This document shows, in pieces, positions 60,463 through 64,000 of a stretch of DNA of 64,000 nt (its first letter is position 1; each line of letters begins with the position of its first letter). A program made the translations under genes and the position numbers. This DNA is from a marine bacterium AO1-C. GTDB lineage: Bacteria > Bacteroidota > Bacteroidia > Cytophagales > Microscillaceae. The stretch is taken from assembly GCA_001890965.1 (NCBI GenBank), contig MLAY01000008.1:424341-488340 (forward strand). Reading direction: 5' to 3'. The notes beneath the pieces are model-generated. The model was not told the DNA's origin. It ran no database searches and was given only the letters and a program-made list of their open reading frames with translations.

Positions 60463-61197
60463 TTAATCCTCATCTGTATCATCTTCGCCTGTGGCGTCAT
60501 TGTCTAAATCTTCATCTGTGATATCATCATCAACATCCCCTCCTGCCTTACGCTTTTCATCTCTTTTCTTTCTCCAAGCCTTGTATTTAGCCTTTTGATT
60601 GGCATTAAAAATTGCTTTCAATCCCTTACGACGAGCCTTGCGAATTGCCATACGCTGAGTTTTTGCAGCTTCCTTAGTGATTTGCTTTGATCTTCGGCCA
60701 GCACGTACTTTGTTCAACTTTCGTTCAGCTGTTAAATGCACCTGTCTCACTTTAGGTCTTTGTGCCGCAGTTAAATTCAAGGGCTTTACCAAACGTCGCG
60801 TTTTGATACGTGCTCTTTTTTTAGGAGACATTCGTCTGATTCTCCATCTACGATACTTATACTTTTGTTGTGTGTCCAAAACCGCCCGAATGCCTTGATG
60901 GCGCGTTTTGTTAATCGCTAAACGTTTGCTTTTTACCTCTTCTTTTGTCAGTTTTCCTACTGATCGGTCAGCACGAATACTTGCCAATTGATTTTCTGCA
61001 GTCAAATGCACTGCTTTAATTTTGGTTGCCTGATCTTCACTCAAGGTCAAAGGCTTCATCAAACGCTTGGTTTTAATTTCCGCACGTTGTTCAGGGTTCT
61101 TATTTTTTAACTTTCCTTTACCACGTCCTTGCGCCAAAACATCTCCCGCAATTATGGTAAGCAACATTAGCAGTGTAATAAAAGACTTTTTAGTCAT
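60463..61197 (-). CDS. Periplasmic LTXXQ-like protein with a duplicated module and an acidic Asp/Glu-rich C-terminal tail
   Basis: Signal peptide; two repeats KTKRLxKPLxLtxxQxxK; tail DVDDDITDEDLDNDATGEDDTDED. Confidence 0.5.
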   Translation of the reverse strand: MTKKSFITLLMLLTIIAGDVLAQGRGKGKLKNKNPEQRAEIKTKRLMKPLTLSEDQATKIKAVHLTAENQLASIRADRSVGKLTKEEVKSKRLAINKTRHQGIRAVLDTQQKYKYRRWRIRRMSPKKRARIKTRRLVKPLNLTAAQRPKVRQVHLTAERKLNKVRAGRRSKQITKEAAKTQRMAIRKARRKGLKAIFNANQKAKYKAWRKKRDEKRKAGGDVDDDITDEDLDNDATGEDDTDED

Positions 61198-61296
61198 GAT
61201 ATTTAATTTTAAGTGATTAATAATTAATATATTCAAGGTAGACAAATCTCCTTGGATAAGGTTTAACCCGTAGATAAAAAAAATAATATGATTCAA

Positions 61297-61340
61297 CAAA
61301 AAGGCCGTCTTGTTGTAATAAGACGGCCTTTTTATTTTAT
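61297..61340 (-). terminator. Rho-independent terminator
   Basis: aaaggccgtctt...aagacggccttt. Confidence 0.65.
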
Positions 61341-61360
61341 AATTAATACAAATTTATTGA

Positions 61361-61837
61361 TTATTTTCCATCGTCGTCGTCATCATCATCGTCGTCATCG
61401 GTATCTGTATTATCCTTGTCTTTGTTTTTGCCCTTTCCACGACGCCCTTTACCTTTTCTTCTCTTTTTTCTTCTTTTCTTCCACTTTCTATACTTCGCTT
61501 TTTGATCATCGTTCAAATTAGATTTTAAACCTTGACGACGCGTTTTGTTAATTTCCTTACGTTTAGCTTTAGCTTCCTCTTTAGTAATTTTGCCAGCCTT
61601 TTTATCAGCTTTTACTGTAGCCAATGCATTTTCGGCTGTTAAATGAACTTCTTTGATTTTTGTAGTTTGGTCAGCCGTTAATTGGAGCGGCTTTACCATA
61701 CGCTTCGTCTTGATTTCTGCTCTTTCCTCAGGCGATTTGTTTTTCATTCGCCCTTTTCGGCCACGTTGAGCCATTGCTTCTCCTGCAAAAAAAGCAATTA
61801 GCAAAACCAGAATAATTGAAGTTTTCTTGTTCATCAT
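61361..61837 (-). CDS. Periplasmic LTXXQ-like protein with a Lys/Arg-rich segment followed by a poly-Asp tail
   Basis: Signal peptide; LTADQTTKIKEV; ...KKRRKKRRKGKGRRGKGKNKDKDNTDTDDDDDDDDDDGK. Confidence 0.5.
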   Translation of the reverse strand: MMNKKTSIILVLLIAFFAGEAMAQRGRKGRMKNKSPEERAEIKTKRMVKPLQLTADQTTKIKEVHLTAENALATVKADKKAGKITKEEAKAKRKEINKTRRQGLKSNLNDDQKAKYRKWKKRRKKRRKGKGRRGKGKNKDKDNTDTDDDDDDDDDDGK

Positions 61838-62422
61838 TTTTTTGAAAGTTTAGGTAAAAAATTTAACCAAATTGTGTTACGTTAATTTACAAAAAATATT
61901 GATTGAAACTGTATATTCAAACTTTATCAACTCATCTACTTGTAGGTTTGAAATTGTAAAATTTAGCTATTTACAAGTGATTGATTGTGTGAATCAGTTC
62001 AATTTGGCAAACGGCAATTATCTCTAAACAGTCACAATTATTCGATGAACATACTCGTAAAAGCGACAAAGCAAGTGGAATTACAGAAAACTTGCGGTTT
62101 TTGATCTGTACAAAAAAGCTTCGAAGCGAAAAGCCTTTAAAATTGTATTTATCTAACAAAACTTAGAACTAAGTAAATGTTAAAAAACAGAAAATAAATG
62201 ATTAGGGATGTAATTGAAGGGAAATTTTTGAGATGAGATAAACAAGTGATACGGTTTTGCAAAACCAAGATAAGATAATTAAAAAAAACCGCTTAAACAA
62301 TCTATTAACCACGAAAAAAACAGAATTTTAGTATGCGGAAATACCATTTTTTGAATTACTATTCTATCTTTGCGCCTTCAATGCTGTTTATATAGTAATA
62401 CCGAAAAATAAAAATATTTTCA

Positions 62423-64000
62423 ATGAAACCCGAATACATAATCTTTGCCATCCCCGCACTTGGACTCGTGGCGTTGTTATTCACATTTATTAGGTCTGCT
62501 TGGGTATCAAAGCAAGACATTGGTTCCGACAAGATGAAACGCATCGCTCAAAACATTGCTACCGGAGCCATGGCTTTCCTTAAAGCCGAATACAGAGTTC
62601 TTGGATTTTTTGTAATTGGCGTCGCCATTATTTTAGGAGTAACTGCCCCTGCCGATAGCTCTCCATTAATTGCCCTTTCATTTGTAATAGGAGCGGTTTG
62701 CTCAGCAATGGCTGGCTTTATTGGTATGCGTGTAGCTACTAAAGCAAACGTTCGTACAACCAACGCAGCTCGTACAGGTTTGAGCCACGCTTTAAAGATT
62801 GCCTTTACTGGTGGTTCTGTAATGGGATTAGGAGTAGTTGGTTTAGCCTTATTAGGTTTAGGCGCATTATTTTCTATTTACTTCTTTATTTGGGACGTAG
62901 GTGCTGCCGCTGACAAAAGCAATGTATTACGTGTTGTATTGAATGTATTAACTGGTTTTTCTTTTGGTGCTTCTTCTATAGCATTGTTTGCTCGGGTAGC
63001 TGGTGGTATTTATACCAAAGCTGCTGACGTAGGAGCTGATTTGGTAGGTAAAGTAGAAGCAGGTATTCCTGAAGATCACCCTTTGAACCCTGCTACTATT
63101 GCAGATAACGTAGGAGATAACGTGGGAGACGTTGCTGGTATGGGAGCTGACTTATTTGAATCTTATATTGGTTCTATCATTGGTACGATGGTACTTGGGG
63201 TTGCATTTATAAGCCCTACTGGTTTTGCCGATAACTTTGGCGGCCTATCAGCAGTATTATTGCCATTAATGTTGGCTGGTTTGGGTATCGTAACTTCTAT
63301 CATTGGTACTTTTATGGTACAAGTAAAAGAAGGTGGTAACCCACAACGTGCATTAAACATCGGTGAATTTGGTTCTACTGGAATCTTGATCGTCCTTTCT
63401 TTCTTTTTGATTACCAATGTTCTTCCTGAATCCTGGAGTGTAGGCGTAGGTGCTAGTAAATTTGAATATACTGCATTAAATGTATTTTTTGCTACCATTA
63501 TTGGGGCAGTTGCTGGTTTATTGATTGGTTTAATTACTGAATATTATACAGGTACTGGTACTCGTCCAGTAAAATCTATTGTACAACAGTCTTCTACTGG
63601 ATCAGCTACTAATATTATTGCTGGTTTGGGTGTAGGAATGTACTCTACGGCTATTCCAATCCTTATTATTGCTGCTGCAGTAATTGGTGCTTATCAATTG
63701 GCTAACCTTTACGGTATTGCAATTGCAGCCGTAGGTATGTTGGCAAACACTGGTATCCAGTTGGCAGTAGATGCTTATGGCCCTATCTCAGATAATGCTG
63801 GTGGTATTGCCGAAATGAGTGAATTGCCTAAGGAAGTTCGTCAAAGAACTGATAAATTAGACGCGGTTGGGAACACGACTGCAGCTATCGGAAAAGGTTT
63901 TGCGATTGGTTCTGCGGCTTTAACTGCATTGGCTTTATTTAGTGCATTTAAAGTAACTGCTGGTATTGGCATTATTGATGTATCTCGCCCTGATGTAATG
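62423..64000 (+). CDS. hppA: Membrane-bound proton-translocating pyrophosphatase, 3'-partial
   Basis: Many TM segments; [19 protein letters not shown] and DNVGDNVGD motifs; runs off the window. Confidence 0.85.
   Translation, partial: MKPEYIIFAIPALGLVALLFTFIRSAWVSKQDIGSDKMKRIAQNIATGAMAFLKAEYRVLGFFVIGVAIILGVTAPADSSPLIALSFVIGAVCSAMAGFIGMRVATKANVRTTNAARTGLSHALKIAFTGGSVMGLGVVGLALLGLGALFSIYFFIWDVGAAADKSNVLRVVLNVLTGFSFGASSIALFARVAGGIYTKAADVGADLVGKVEAGIPEDHPLNPATIADNVGDNVGDVAGMGADLFESYIGSIIGTMVLGVAFISPTGFADNFGGLSAVLLPLMLAGLGIVTSIIGTFMVQVKEGGNPQRALNIGEFGSTGILIVLSFFLITNVLPESWSVGVGASKFEYTALNVFFATIIGAVAGLLIGLITEYYTGTGTRPVKSIVQQSSTGSATNIIAGLGVGMYSTAIPILIIAAAVIGAYQLANLYGIAIAAVGMLANTGIQLAVDAYGPISDNAGGIAEMSELPKEVRQRTDKLDAVGNTTAAIGKGFAIGSAALTALALFSAFKVTAGIGIIDVSRPDVM

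Overview
This 64 kb window looks like a chromosomal segment from a Bacteroidetes (Cytophagia/Flexibacter-like) genome. Three things point to that: a Type IX secretion sorting domain on a GH13 amylase, a PorP/SprF gene, and many SpII-type lipoproteins. Ordinary genes include uvrA, ftsH, birA, rsfS, an lpxH-like gene, hppD, a cobU plus B12-transporter operon behind a cobalamin riboswitch, an IS982-family insertion, a TPR histidine kinase with a LuxR-type response regulator, and two TonB-plug proteins. The most unusual feature is a dense minus-strand tRNA gene array at about 19.7-23.15 kb. It holds 26 canonical-looking tRNA genes (Lys, Asn, Trp, Arg x3, His, Pro x3, Met, Thr x2, Ile) arranged in tandemly duplicated Lys-Asn-Trp blocks. 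Inside it are four units that look like circularly permuted (split) tRNA genes. In each one, an anticodon arm, T-arm and 3' acceptor strand sit upstream of, and are joined by a short AT-rich loop to, a perfectly complementary 5' acceptor strand plus D-arm. Each unit lies 3 nt downstream of a tRNA-Lys. Its conserved 26-nt leader pairs with its trailer. To my knowledge permuted tRNA genes have not been described in bacteria. Other features are a direct-repeat motif (TGTCTATG-N4-TGTCTATG) upstream of several secreted-hydrolase genes, a tandem triplication of HSL-type esterase genes, tandem GRDP-like paralogs, and LTXXQ-type periplasmic proteins with highly charged tails.
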